Source of the DNA: an uncultured Gemmatimonadales bacterium
Lineage (GTDB): Bacteria > Gemmatimonadota > Gemmatimonadetes > Gemmatimonadales > GWC2-71-9
Direction: 5' to 3'
DNA: 64,000 nt
NCBI GenBank assembly: GCA_963695555.1
Contig: CAVOGR010000005.1
Coordinates: 224,001-288,000, forward strand
The notes under the pieces were generated by a model that made no database searches, was not told the DNA's origin, and saw only the letters and a list, made by a program, of their open reading frames with translations. The translations under genes and the position numbers were made by a program. This document shows positions 1 to 8,950 of the stretch, piece by piece (positions within the stretch are counted from its first letter, which is position 1; each line of letters begins with the position of its first letter).

Positions 1-886
1 CTTGACGGCGCGCTCGACGAGAAGGCGACTCCCGGCCGCGCAGACCTCGCCCTTGCCGTAGAAGATGCCGGTCTGGGCGCCCCGGATAGCCGCCTTCATG
101 TCGGCGTCGGCGAAGATGAGGTTTGGGCTCTTGCCGCCCAGCTCCAGGGTCACCCGCTTCAGGGAGTCGGCGGCTTCGCGCATGATGGTGCGCCCCACCT
201 CGGTCGAGCCGGTGAACGCGATCTTGTCGACGCCGGGGTGGCGAACCAAGGCAGCGCCGGCGGTTGGTCCAAATCCGGGCACCACATTGAGCGCCCCCGC
301 CGGGAGGCCCGCCTCGCGAAGGAGTTCGGCCAGCACGAGTGCCGTGAGCGGGGTCTCCTCCGCCGGCTTGAGCACCACCGTGCACCCCGCCGCGATGCGC
401 TGGGGCCACCTTCCAACTCGCCAGGTTGAGCGGGAAGTTCCACGGGACGATGGCACCGACCACGCCGACCGGCTCACGCAGGGTGTAGGTCAAATACGGC
501 CCTTCGACCGGGATCGTCTCGCCCGTTATCTTGTCCGCCCACCCTGCGTAATACCGGAGCGTCTCGACGGTCATGGCGACGTCGATCTTCGACTCGAACA
601 GCGGTTTGCCGTTCTGGAGCGTCTCGAGCCGGGCGATGTCGTCCAGGCTCGATTCCATCAAACTCGCGGCCCGGTACAGGATCGCCCCACGTTTGCGGCC
701 GGAGAGTGTCTGCCAGTCGTCGGATTCGAAACACCGGCGGGACGACGCGACGGCGGCATCGATGTCGGGGGCATCGCCCTCCGCCACGCTGGCGAGGATC
801 TCCTCCGTCGCCGGGTTGATGACGTCGAACCGCGCGCCGCCCGCCGCGGCCGAGAACGCGTTGTCGATGAAGATGTCGGTATGCAT
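1..886 (-). CDS. NAD-dependent aldehyde dehydrogenase (runs off window start; +1 frameshift near 397)
   Basis: Manual translation from ATG at 886 (overlaps TAA of upstream gene): [11 protein letters not shown]...[10 protein letters not shown]...[16 protein letters not shown]...WKVAPA. After one extra base it continues [16 protein letters not shown]...FTGSTEVG...LELGGKSP, which are ALDH motifs. Confidence 0.9.
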   Translation of the reverse strand, partial: MHTDIFIDNAFSAAAGGARFDVINPATEEILASVAEGDAPDIDAAVASSRRCFESDDWQTLSGRKRGAILYRAASLMESSLDDIARLETLQNGKPLFESKIDVAMTVETLRYYAGWADKITGETIPVEGPYLTYTLREPVGVVGAIVPWNFPLNLASWKVAPAHRGGVHGGAQAGGGDPAHGTRAGRTPSRGGPPGGGAQCGARIWTNRRRCLGSPPRRRQDRVHRLDRGGAHHHARSRRLPEAGDPGAGRQEPKPHLRRRRHEGGYPGRPDRHLLRQGRGLRGRESPSRRARRQ

Positions 887-1716
887 TACACGGCTTTGAA
901 CGTCGCCATGCGCTTCTCCACGTACGCGGCCAGCCCTTCCTTTGCGTCTTGCGATTGGAAGAGCTGCTGTTGGAGTTCGCGCTCGATACTCAACCCGCTC
1001 TCGAACGGCACTTCCGCACCGGACTGGACGGCGCGCTTGATCAGGCCGACGGCCTTCGATGCCTTGTTTGGCGGGCAGAATTGCTTGGCGTACATGAGGA
1101 CGTCGTCCCAGAAGGTGTCCTTCTCGAATACCTTGTTGACGATGCCCAGTTCCTCGGCCCGCTCGAACGAGAACGTCTCGCCGGTGGCCATGAGCTCAAT
1201 GGCGCGGGACTTGCCGACGATGCGGCAGAGCCGTTGGGTGCCGCCGGTGCCCGGCAAGACGCCCAGATTGACTTCGGGCAGGCCGATCTTCCCGGCATCC
1301 CGCCGCCCCAGCCGGAAGTCGCACGCCATGGCGATCTCGAGGCCCCCGCCGACCGTGTGTCCGTTGAGCGCGGCGATGGTCAGTTTGGGAGTCTGCTCGA
1401 GTCGGTTCAACGTCTCGTTAGCGTGTAGGCAGAAGTAATACTTGAACTTGGGCGTCACGCTGTTGAGCATGCCGATGTTGGCGCCGGCGGAAAAGAACTT
1501 ATTGCCCTCGCCGCGGAGGATGATCACATGGGCTTCGTCCGCCATGCGGGCATCGAGAATGGCCCGGTCGAGCTGCCGCATCATCTCGTAGGTGTAGGTG
1601 TTGGCCGGTGGATCGTTGAGCGTAATGATCGCGAGTCCATCGGTTACTTCGTAGTTGACCAAGACCTGGTCGGTCGGCGCTGGCGCACCTGGACGCTGGG
1701 TTACTGAAGTTGCCAA
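886..1716 (-). CDS. Enoyl-CoA hydratase/isomerase (crotonase) family protein, BoxC-like motifs
   Basis: FFSAGANI, GHTVGGGLEIAMACD and GLPEVNLGVLPGTGGTQRL crotonase motifs; TTG start, exact start uncertain. Confidence 0.9.
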   Translation of the reverse strand: MATSVTQRPGAPAPTDQVLVNYEVTDGLAIITLNDPPANTYTYEMMRQLDRAILDARMADEAHVIILRGEGNKFFSAGANIGMLNSVTPKFKYYFCLHANETLNRLEQTPKLTIAALNGHTVGGGLEIAMACDFRLGRRDAGKIGLPEVNLGVLPGTGGTQRLCRIVGKSRAIELMATGETFSFERAEELGIVNKVFEKDTFWDDVLMYAKQFCPPNKASKAVGLIKRAVQSGAEVPFESGLSIERELQQQLFQSQDAKEGLAAYVEKRMATFKAV

Positions 1717-1721
1717 GGGGA

Positions 1722-2330
1722 TTATCCTCCGTGCGAGGCGGCCAACGGTTGGGCCGCGTGGGATACAGGCTGCAGATACCCGTCGAGAAAGAGTCGGGCG
1801 ATCTCATCGGCCAAGTGTGCCGGCGGGATTTCGCCGCCGGGACGGTACCACGTGTAAATCCAATTCATCATGCCGAACAGCGCGTAGGCGGCAATTTGCG
1901 GGCTGACGTTCGGGACGTCGACCTTTTCGAGCAGCCCCGTCAGAAAGGCCACGTACTCCCGCTTGCGGGCGCGGATGGCGGTGGCCATGGTGCCGGTAAG
2001 CTCTTCGGCCTCGTGCGACAGCACTTTCATCTCCGGCATGTGGCCTGTGAAGAAGCCGACGTGATGCCGGACGAACGCGCCGAGGCGGGCCTCGGGGTCT
2101 GCTTCCTGAGCCACAGCCTCGCGGGCACCGCGGATGACGTCGGCGAAGCACCGCTCCTGAATGAGGAACAGCAGCTCGTGCTTGCTCTCGACGTAATGGT
2201 AGATGCCCGACAGGCTGAGCCCGGAGGCGCGCGAGAGGTCTCGCATGGACGTGCCGTGGAACCCGCGTTCCGCGAAGATCCGCGCTGCATCGGCCAGCAG
2301 GGTGTCGAGGCGATTGTCAGCAGTGGGCAA
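1722..2330 (-). CDS. TetR/AcrR family transcriptional regulator (PaaR/KstR2-like)
   Basis: N-terminal HTH AARIFAERGFHGTSMRDLSRASGLSLSGIYHYVESKHELL; C-terminal GMMNWIYTWYRPGG. Confidence 0.9.
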   Translation of the reverse strand: MPTADNRLDTLLADAARIFAERGFHGTSMRDLSRASGLSLSGIYHYVESKHELLFLIQERCFADVIRGAREAVAQEADPEARLGAFVRHHVGFFTGHMPEMKVLSHEAEELTGTMATAIRARKREYVAFLTGLLEKVDVPNVSPQIAAYALFGMMNWIYTWYRPGGEIPPAHLADEIARLFLDGYLQPVSHAAQPLAASHGG

Positions 2331-2337
2331 GGGCCGT

Positions 2338-2353
2338 CCGAACGTTCGTTCGG
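2338..2353. promoter_or_regulatory. Palindromic TetR operator CCGAACG-TT-CGTTCGG
   Basis: Perfect 7-bp inverted repeat just upstream of the TetR start, over the predicted transcription start; fits the CNAACGNNCGTTNG pattern of PaaR-type TetR sites. Confidence 0.7.
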
Positions 2354-2357
2354 TCTG

Positions 2358-2386
2358 AACCTAGTCCTGCAACTCCAACCCGTCAA
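2358..2386 (-). promoter_or_regulatory. Sigma70-type promoter for the tetR operon (TTGACG-17-TAGGTT)
   Basis: Minus-strand -35 at 2386-2381 and -10 at 2363-2358 with a 17-bp spacer. Confidence 0.6.
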
Positions 2387-2390
2387 GCGG

Positions 2391-2416
2391 CTTAACATTC
2401 GCCCTCCCACAACGTC
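2391..2416 (+). promoter_or_regulatory. Putative ECF-type autoregulatory promoter (CTTAAC-N16-CGTC)
   Basis: AAC at 2394-2396, 16-bp spacer, CGTC at 2413-2416, 12 bp before the ECF sigma ATG; typical ECF AAC/CGT architecture. Confidence 0.5.
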
Positions 2417-2428
2417 ACCTTACCGAAC

Positions 2429-2977
2429 ATGACCGCCCTCCCCGGACCGGATTCGGCCACGGACGCGGCCCTGATCGAAGCCTATCGGGCGGGGAGCGAG
2501 CCGGCCGCGAGCGAGTTGGTCTCCCGGCATGCCCCTGCGGTCGGGCGGTTCCTGTACAGCGCCGGGGCGGCGGCCAGCGATGTCGAGGACCTGGCCCAGG
2601 AGGCATTCTTCCGCGCGTTCCGGCGGTTGGACACCTGGCGGGGTGACGCGTCGTTCCGGAGCTGGTTGTTTTCGATTGCACGGAACCTCCTCAAGGACGA
2701 GTTTCGGAAGCGGCGAGGACGGCGCGTGCTCTCGATCGAGGACCGCGATGTGCCCGACCGCGACGACCCGGCGGGAGAAGTCGAAGCCCAGGAAGCGGCC
2801 GATCAGCTGCGACGGGGTCTGATGGACCTACCGCGGCTTCAGCGGGAAGTGTTCCTCCTGCGGGTGCAAGAGGGTGGAAGCTATGACGAGATCGCTGCGG
2901 TACTGGACACGACACCGGGGGCGGCGCGGGTTCATTATCATCATGCCGTCAAACGGCTGAAGGAGCTGCTGTCATGA
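2429..2977 (+). CDS. ECF (sigma-24/RpoE/SigW-like) RNA polymerase sigma factor
   Basis: Region 2 VEDLAQEAFFRAF..FRSWLFSIARN; region 4 LPRLQREVFLLRVQEGGSYDEIA. Confidence 0.92.
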   Translation: MTALPGPDSATDAALIEAYRAGSEPAASELVSRHAPAVGRFLYSAGAAASDVEDLAQEAFFRAFRRLDTWRGDASFRSWLFSIARNLLKDEFRKRRGRRVLSIEDRDVPDRDDPAGEVEAQEAADQLRRGLMDLPRLQREVFLLRVQEGGSYDEIAAVLDTTPGAARVHYHHAVKRLKELLS

Positions 2978-3498
2978 CCGAGCCACCCTGCATGCGACTG
3001 TCGGAGCGAATCCCCGAGGTGGCCAGGGGACGAGCCGACTGGTTGGCCGGCGAGGCCGAGCACTTGTCCGCGTGCGCGGCATGCCGGGCGGAGTGGCAGC
3101 TGGCCCAGACCGCACAGCGCTTGGCGCGTCGCGCCGAGGCGTTGATCGATCCCGATCGGGTCGCGGACGGTGTCATGCGGAGGCTCGCTGAGTCACCGGC
3201 CCGCGGGATCGGCCGGCGGCTCCGGTGGGTCGGGGTCACGGTGGCCGCGGCGGCGGCCATCCTGCTCGTCGTTCGGGTCACGTCCACCCCGGGACCCGAT
3301 ACGGTGCCCGTGGTCGCGAGTACGCCGCCGGATGGCCTTTTTCTCCCGGGCTTGGACAGCCTGACCGTCGAGGAGCTGGAAAACGTGCTGGTGTCGATCG
3401 ACCAGCCCATCGCGGCCGTGTCGACGATCGACGCATATGAGTGGCAGTCCTTGGACGACCACGAGCTGGAGCGCTTATTGCGCGAGTGGGAGGGTTGA
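2974..3498 (+). CDS. Zinc-binding anti-sigma factor (ZAS) with a single TM helix
   Basis: HLSACAAC (HxxxCxxC) motif, TM segment WVGVTVAAAAAILLVV, ATGA overlap with the sigma gene. Confidence 0.8.
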   Translation: MTEPPCMRLSERIPEVARGRADWLAGEAEHLSACAACRAEWQLAQTAQRLARRAEALIDPDRVADGVMRRLAESPARGIGRRLRWVGVTVAAAAAILLVVRVTSTPGPDTVPVVASTPPDGLFLPGLDSLTVEELENVLVSIDQPIAAVSTIDAYEWQSLDDHELERLLREWEG

Positions 3499-3499
3499 G

Positions 3500-3988
3500 A
3501 TGCGGTGGTTGATCGTAATTCTAGGCGTGAGCACTGGCATGATGGCCGGAACGACTCAGGGTGCGGCCCAGCAGGGGGTTCGGCCGGGAGCCCAGCGCGC
3601 GCAGATGATCCAGACGATCGAGCGTCGCTTCTGGGCCCGTGTGGTGGAGGACCTAGGCCTGAACAACGACCAGGCCACCCGCCTCCGGGCGACCGTGCGT
3701 GACTATTCGCAGCGACGGCGCGAGCTCGAGCGCCGGGAGGGGGAACTCAAGCAGGCCCTCGCTCGCCAACTCCGACCCGGCATTGCAGCCGATCAGGACA
3801 GCGTTGCGAAGTTGACGAATGCTTTTCTCGACATCAGAGTCGAGTATGCCCAATCGTTCCGCGACGAGCATCGTGACGTCGGCTCGTACCTGAACCCGGT
3901 GCAACAAGCGCAACTGCTCGTGGTACGCGAGCGACTGATGCAGCGCATCCGGGCCATTCAACAGGAACGCGTCGGCCAGGAGCAATAG
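3500..3988 (+). CDS. Periplasmic Spy/CpxP-like helical protein
   Basis: Signal peptide, plus LGLNNDQ and LNPVQQ LTxxQ-like motifs; follows the anti-sigma gene. Confidence 0.65.
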   Translation: MRWLIVILGVSTGMMAGTTQGAAQQGVRPGAQRAQMIQTIERRFWARVVEDLGLNNDQATRLRATVRDYSQRRRELERREGELKQALARQLRPGIAADQDSVAKLTNAFLDIRVEYAQSFRDEHRDVGSYLNPVQQAQLLVVRERLMQRIRAIQQERVGQEQ

Positions 3989-4074
3989 GGCCGGCCCGCG
4001 CCCCCCTTTCGACACTACCGGACCCCCGGGGCGGCCGCTAGGTTACGCAGTATCCTTCGCGAAGGAGCGAATGC

Positions 4075-5391
4075 ATGCTGCGCCTGGCGGGGCTGGCAGG
4101 ACTTCTCCTCTCGTCCATCGCCCACCCCCTGGCAGGACAAGAGGTCGTCTACCGCATCCCGATCACCGGCACCATCGAAAACGGTTTGGCTCCCTATGTT
4201 GCCCGCGCGATCCGAGAGGCCGCCGCGGCGCGTGTCGCGCTGGTATACCTCGACATCGACACGCCGGGCGGTCGCGTCGACGCGGCGGAGCGGATAGCAG
4301 ACGCCATCCGCAAGACCGACCTCGACGTCGTTGCCTTCGTCAATCCGCGGGCCTATAGCGCTGGTGCCTTGATCGCGTTGGCGAGCGACGGGATCTATAT
4401 GCGACCGGGCGGAGTCATTGGCGCCGCGACACCGGTGGACGGCGGCGGCACCAAGGCGCCGGAGAAGTACGTGTCCGCCATGCGGGCCGAGTTTCGTGCG
4501 TTGGCGGAGGAGCAAGGGCTCGACCCACGAGTGGCGGAAGCCATGGTGGACGAATCGATCGAGATTCCAGGCGTCGTGCCCGCGGGCAAACTCCTGACCT
4601 TGAGCACCGGCGAAGCCATCGAACTCGGATTCGCCAAGGGCGAAGTTGCGGATGAACGGGCGCTGCTCTCGACGCTCGGACTCACCGGGGCGCAGGTGGT
4701 AACCCCATCCATCAATTGGGCCGAGAGCCTAGTGCGCTTTCTGACTAATCCCGTCGTCGCCCCGCTCCTCCTTTCCCTCGGCATGCTCGGTTTGGTGCTG
4801 GAGATCAAGGCGGGTGCCTTCGGGCTGGGTGGGCTCGTGAGCCTCGGCGCGCTTGGTCTGTTCTTCGGATCGAACCTGCTCCTCGGCCTGGCGGGCTGGG
4901 AAGAGCTGATTGTCTTGGCAGCGGGTGTCATCGCGCTCGCCGTCGAGGTCTTCATCATTCCGGGCTTCGGCATCGCCGGGGTCCTTGGCCTCCTGCTCAT
5001 AGGATCTTCCGTGGTCATGGCCATGCTGGGCAACGTGCCGACCTTTGGCGACGTCACCACGGCGGTCGCCGTGCTCGGCTCGGCGGTAGTCATCACATTG
5101 GCGGTGTTCTACGCCTGGTTCCGTCACCTGCCGAGCAGCAACCGATTCAAGGGGCTTCTGCTCAAAGGCGGCCTGGATCGCGAGGGCGGGTTCATCTCTG
5201 CGCCGGAGCGGAAAGAGCTGATCGGGCAAATTGCCGTGTCGACAACCGATCTCCGGCCGGCGGGCACCGCGCGCGTCGGTGACGAACGAATCGACGTGGT
5301 CACCGAAGGCGATTTCATCGCCTCGGGAAGCAGGGTGCAGATCTTACGAGCGGAGGGCTACCGGCTCGTCGTCCGCCAAGCAGCCGACTGA
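4075..5391 (+). CDS. nfeD: NfeD family membrane-bound ClpP-class protease (YqeZ-like)
   Basis: IDTPGG, AYSAGALI and IGAATPV motifs, TM bundle, C-terminal OB fold (TDLRPAG..IDVVTEGDFI). Confidence 0.9.
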   Translation: MLRLAGLAGLLLSSIAHPLAGQEVVYRIPITGTIENGLAPYVARAIREAAAARVALVYLDIDTPGGRVDAAERIADAIRKTDLDVVAFVNPRAYSAGALIALASDGIYMRPGGVIGAATPVDGGGTKAPEKYVSAMRAEFRALAEEQGLDPRVAEAMVDESIEIPGVVPAGKLLTLSTGEAIELGFAKGEVADERALLSTLGLTGAQVVTPSINWAESLVRFLTNPVVAPLLLSLGMLGLVLEIKAGAFGLGGLVSLGALGLFFGSNLLLGLAGWEELIVLAAGVIALAVEVFIIPGFGIAGVLGLLLIGSSVVMAMLGNVPTFGDVTTAVAVLGSAVVITLAVFYAWFRHLPSSNRFKGLLLKGGLDREGGFISAPERKELIGQIAVSTTDLRPAGTARVGDERIDVVTEGDFIASGSRVQILRAEGYRLVVRQAAD

Positions 5392-5424
5392 GGCGCTTAC
5401 CTCACCAGCTAGTGGAGTGTTGAC

Positions 5425-6432
5425 GTGCAAGATTTCTCGCAATTGGGTCCGGCGTTGTTCTTCCTGATGGTCTTCTTCGGGATCGTATTCCTCTTCATAC
5501 TGTTCCGGTTCATCCCGGTCGGGCTCTGGATCACGGCGTGGGCATCGGGTGTTCGCGTCAATTTCGGCACCCTCGTCGGGATGCGGCTCCGGAAAGTCGT
5601 GCCGAGTGCCATCGTGGGCCCGCTCATCGCGGCGCATAAGGCCGGCCTCCACCTCCCTGTCAATTCGCTCGAGGGCCACTACCTGGCCGGCGGCAGCGTC
5701 GACCGGGTGGTGCGGGCTCTCATCTCGGCGGACAAGGCGGGAATCCCGCTGGATCTCAAGCAGGCGACGGCCATCGATCTTGCCGGGCGTGACGTGTTCG
5801 AGGCGGTGCAGGTAAGTGTGAACCCCAAAGTAATCACCACGCCCAAGGTGGCCGCGATGGCCAAGGACGGCATTCAGCTGCTGGCCATGGCGCGGGTCAC
5901 GGTTCGGGCCAACATCAACCGGTTGGTCGGTGGGGCGGGGGAAGAAACAATTCTGGCGCGGGTCGGCGAGGGCATCGTCAGCACCATCGGATCCTCGCCC
6001 AGCCACAAGTCCGTGCTCGAGAATCCCGACAGCATCTCGACCACCGTCCTCGCCAAGGGGCTCGACGCGGGCACGGCGTTCGAGATCTTGTCGATCGACG
6101 TGGCCGACGTGGACGTCGGGAAGAACATCGGCGCCGAGCTCCAGACCGACCAGGCCGAGGCCGACAAGCGCATTGCGCAGGCCAAGGCGGAAGAGCGGCG
6201 CGCGCTGGCTGTGGCCATGGAGCAGGAATTCATCGCTGAGGCCCAGCGGCAGCGAGCCAAGGTCATCGAGGCGGAAGCGCAGGTGCCGCTGGCCGTGGCG
6301 GAGGCCTTCCGCAGCGGGCAGCTCGGGATCATGGACTACCAGCGGTATCTCAATATCCAGGCGGACACCGGCATGCGGCGGTCGATCGCGGGCGAAAGCG
6401 GTAGCTCAGGGGCCGGAAAGAAGGACGCGTAG
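5425..6432 (+). CDS. floA: Flotillin-like protein FloA (YqfA)
   Basis: [43 protein letters not shown] and DIGKNIGA-like [10 protein letters not shown] motifs of FloA. Confidence 0.93.
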   Translation: MQDFSQLGPALFFLMVFFGIVFLFILFRFIPVGLWITAWASGVRVNFGTLVGMRLRKVVPSAIVGPLIAAHKAGLHLPVNSLEGHYLAGGSVDRVVRALISADKAGIPLDLKQATAIDLAGRDVFEAVQVSVNPKVITTPKVAAMAKDGIQLLAMARVTVRANINRLVGGAGEETILARVGEGIVSTIGSSPSHKSVLENPDSISTTVLAKGLDAGTAFEILSIDVADVDVGKNIGAELQTDQAEADKRIAQAKAEERRALAVAMEQEFIAEAQRQRAKVIEAEAQVPLAVAEAFRSGQLGIMDYQRYLNIQADTGMRRSIAGESGSSGAGKKDA

Positions 6433-6434
6433 GG

Positions 6435-7091
6435 ATGGAAGACTTCGGCCCTCTGGTCTGGATCGCGATCATCTGGTTCTTCGCGACCTTCCTCTCGTCG
6501 CAGAAGAGGAAGAAGCAGCGCGCCGAGCAGGCGCGCCGCCAAGCGCAGGCTCGGACCATACCGCCTCCAGCCACTCCCAAGCCGACCGGGGTCGCGAGGC
6601 GCGGTGGTCATCCTGCCGGGCCGGTGCCGGGTCGCCCCGATGCGACCCAGCGCGAAGGCACGACGATCGAGCGGATGCTCCGCCAGCTTGGGGCGGACAT
6701 GGAACAGCTCGAAGGCGACCAGCGGGGGCCCATGGGGCGGGATGCTCGGGTGGAACTCCCCGCCGCCGAGGAGGTGGAGGATCTGGAGGTCCTCGACCTG
6801 CCGGTGGACCGTGGGGAGCGGACACCGGCAGCGCGAGAGATTCGGGCCGTGGTGGATCACGATGAGGAAGCGGAAGCCTTGCTCGAGCGCCGACTCGCCG
6901 TGTTCGAAGAACATAACCGTCCACGTACCATGGCGGACCATCGCGCGTTCGACGCCAGGATACGGCCCGCGCCGGCCGCGATCCTGAAGAAGACTCCCCG
7001 CTTCACTGCTGACCAGATTCGCCAGGCCATCATCTGGCGGGAGATAATCGGCCCGCCACATGCCCTGCGTGACACGCCTGATTGGTCATAG
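6435..7091 (+). CDS. Membrane-anchored hypothetical protein (positional analogue of YqfB)
   Basis: N-terminal TM helix and C-terminal IRQAIIWREIIGPP motif; third gene after nfeD-floA. Confidence 0.65.
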   Translation: MEDFGPLVWIAIIWFFATFLSSQKRKKQRAEQARRQAQARTIPPPATPKPTGVARRGGHPAGPVPGRPDATQREGTTIERMLRQLGADMEQLEGDQRGPMGRDARVELPAAEEVEDLEVLDLPVDRGERTPAAREIRAVVDHDEEAEALLERRLAVFEEHNRPRTMADHRAFDARIRPAPAAILKKTPRFTADQIRQAIIWREIIGPPHALRDTPDWS

Positions 7092-7151
7092 AGGTGCGTT
7101 GGGTACCAGCCCATCGGCGTCGGTCATGAACTGATGGTCAGGAAGGTCCGG

Positions 7152-7200
7152 ACTCCTTACTCCTTACTGTACTGTCCCCACTCCTTACTCCCTACTCCCT
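7152..7200. repeat. Heptamer tandem repeats ACTCC(T/C)T
   Basis: Five copies (7152-7165 and 7180-7200) interrupted by ACTGT x2. Confidence 0.7.
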
Positions 7201-8154
7201 CTTCCCTTCATTGTAGTCCCGCAGGAACTGCCTGAGTTCGCTCAGGCTTCCAAAGGGAGTGATGCCGAGCCGCTCGAAGTCTCGTGCGACTGGGGCCGCT
7301 CCGCTCCCACCGACGACAATCGTAGCACGTCCGCCGAGTTCCTTCTTCAAGGCCGCCGCATCCTCGAGGAGGCGGCGCGACTCGATCGGAAAGACTGAGC
7401 TCAGGGCGAGGACGTCGGCTTCCAATGACTTGGCCGCGCGCGCGATGTCGAGCGGCGGGAGATCCGCTCCGAGATAGGTCACCTGCCACCCCTCGGCGGC
7501 CGCCGTCCCCGCGGCCAGCATCGCGCCGAACTCATGCCGGTCGCCCGACATGGTGGCGACCACAAACCGTCGGGCGCTCCGCGAAGGCCGGTAGGCTTCC
7601 CGCGTCCAGGTGAGTACCTGGTGGATGACAGCGGAGGCGGCATGCTCATGAGCCGGCGTGAGGGTACCGGCATGCCAGCTCTCGCCGATGTAGCGGAGCA
7701 GCGGCGTCACGACTTCCTCGATCAGCCCGGTGGCGCCCAGGGTCATGGCCGCCTGCCGCAGCGTCAGGTGCAGGCGGGCGGTGTCGAGCTTCTCGATGGC
7801 CTCTTCAGCCCGGTCGACGAAGCCCGCCGCCGCGCGACCATTCTGCCCTGCGTTGAGTGAGGGCGCGACTGCCTGGCGGGCCCGGTCATCGGCCTCAATC
7901 AGGTCCCGCAATTCGTCGTTGGACGCTCCGGCCACCCGGCTGATCGAGCGACCGCCCAGGCTGGCGCGGTGCAACAAGTCCAACCGTTCGATGTCGGCGT
8001 CCGAGTAGAGCCGCTGCCCGCCATCACTGCGGCCGGGCTCCACCACCGCGTACCGCCGTTCCCAGACCCGGAGCAGGTCAGGACTCAGGCCGGTCCGAAG
8101 GGCGACGACCCGTATTGGGTGACGTGGCTCGGAGAAATCATGATCATTTGACAT
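7192..8154 (-). CDS. MerR-family cobalamin-binding regulator, CarH/LitR-like photoreceptor
   Basis: MerR HTH (LRVWERRY..GGQRLYS), W-x9-EH motif (WHAGTLTPAHEH), B12 motif DRHEFG, YLGADLP. Confidence 0.88.
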   Translation of the reverse strand: MSNDHDFSEPRHPIRVVALRTGLSPDLLRVWERRYAVVEPGRSDGGQRLYSDADIERLDLLHRASLGGRSISRVAGASNDELRDLIEADDRARQAVAPSLNAGQNGRAAAGFVDRAEEAIEKLDTARLHLTLRQAAMTLGATGLIEEVVTPLLRYIGESWHAGTLTPAHEHAASAVIHQVLTWTREAYRPSRSARRFVVATMSGDRHEFGAMLAAGTAAAEGWQVTYLGADLPPLDIARAAKSLEADVLALSSVFPIESRRLLEDAAALKKELGGRATIVVGGSGAAPVARDFERLGITPFGSLSELRQFLRDYNEGKRE

Positions 8155-8160
8155 GAAATC

Positions 8161-8239
8161 AATCTAGGAGGCCGTCCAATCCTTGTCAATATTTGAACTT
8201 GGTCAGATACTTGACAAACCGTGTCCAAATAGCTACTTT
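8161..8239. promoter_or_regulatory. Divergent sigma70 promoters with CarH-type TnnACA motifs
   Basis: Minus strand TTGACA(8189-8184)-17-TAGATT(8166-8161); plus strand TTGACA(8211-8216)-17-TACTTT(8234-8239). Confidence 0.7.
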
Positions 8240-8359
8240 TCCTGGGCATGGGTTGGACAGTGGTCTTGGGCAATCCTGGACCTCGAGGGCGAGGAGGTCG
8301 GTACTGCTGGTGGGATAGGAAAAGTCATCTACTCGAACACTCTCAGAAGGAGCAACACA

Positions 8360-8857
8360 ATGCGGTCAAAGATTCTCGCTGGGTTGGCGGTTGCCTCGTT
8401 GGCGATTGCGGGCAGCGCTCAGGCTCAGCAGAAGTACTCCGAGGCCAAGCAGGCGGACATCGTGGATGTCGCCATTGCGGCCGGTTCCTTTAACACGCTG
8501 GCCACGGCGCTCGAGGCGGCCGGGTTGGTGGAGACGCTCAAGGGCAGTGGTCCGTTCACCGTCTTTGCGCCGACCGATGAGGCCTTCGCCAAGATTCCAA
8601 AGGAAACCTTGAATGCGTTGCTGGCCGACAAAGAGAAGCTCACGGCCGTTCTGACTTACCATGTCGTCCCCGGTAAGGTCATGGCCAAGCAGGTCATGGG
8701 GCTCAAGAACGCCACGACGGTCAACGGCCAGGACGTCACCTTCATGATCCATGACGGGAAGGTGATGGTGGACAACGCAACGGTAGTGAAGGCCGATATC
8801 GAGGCGTCGAATGGCGTGATCCACGTCATCGACTCCGTGATCCTGCCGAAGAACTAG
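8360..8857 (+). CDS. Secreted fasciclin (FAS1) domain protein
   Basis: AAGGAG RBS, signal peptide, [19 protein letters not shown] and [18 protein letters not shown]1 motifs. Confidence 0.93.
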   Translation: MRSKILAGLAVASLAIAGSAQAQQKYSEAKQADIVDVAIAAGSFNTLATALEAAGLVETLKGSGPFTVFAPTDEAFAKIPKETLNALLADKEKLTAVLTYHVVPGKVMAKQVMGLKNATTVNGQDVTFMIHDGKVMVDNATVVKADIEASNGVIHVIDSVILPKN

Positions 8858-8881
8858 GCGACCACGTACCACGGTTCGTCA

Positions 8882-8927
8882 AACGCCTGCCTACGCGCTG
8901 ATACGCGCGGGGGCAGGCGTTCTTCTT
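8882..8927 (+). terminator. Intrinsic terminator after the fasciclin gene
   Basis: AACGCCTGCC...GGCAGGCGTT stem followed by CTTCTT. Confidence 0.65.
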
Positions 8928-8933
8928 GGGACC

Positions 8934-8950
8934 ACTCCCTACTCCCTACT
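8934..8950. repeat. Heptamer repeats ACTCCCT x2.4
   Basis: Same unit as at 7152-7200; overlaps the stop codon of the slt-like gene. Confidence 0.55.

Noticed and set aside
65..1438. Long ORFs antisense to real genes (e.g. 65-1438, 36183-37424, 54387-56033, 61779-63860)
   Set aside because: These are shadow ORFs typical of high-GC coding DNA; the opposite strand carries recognisable conserved proteins.
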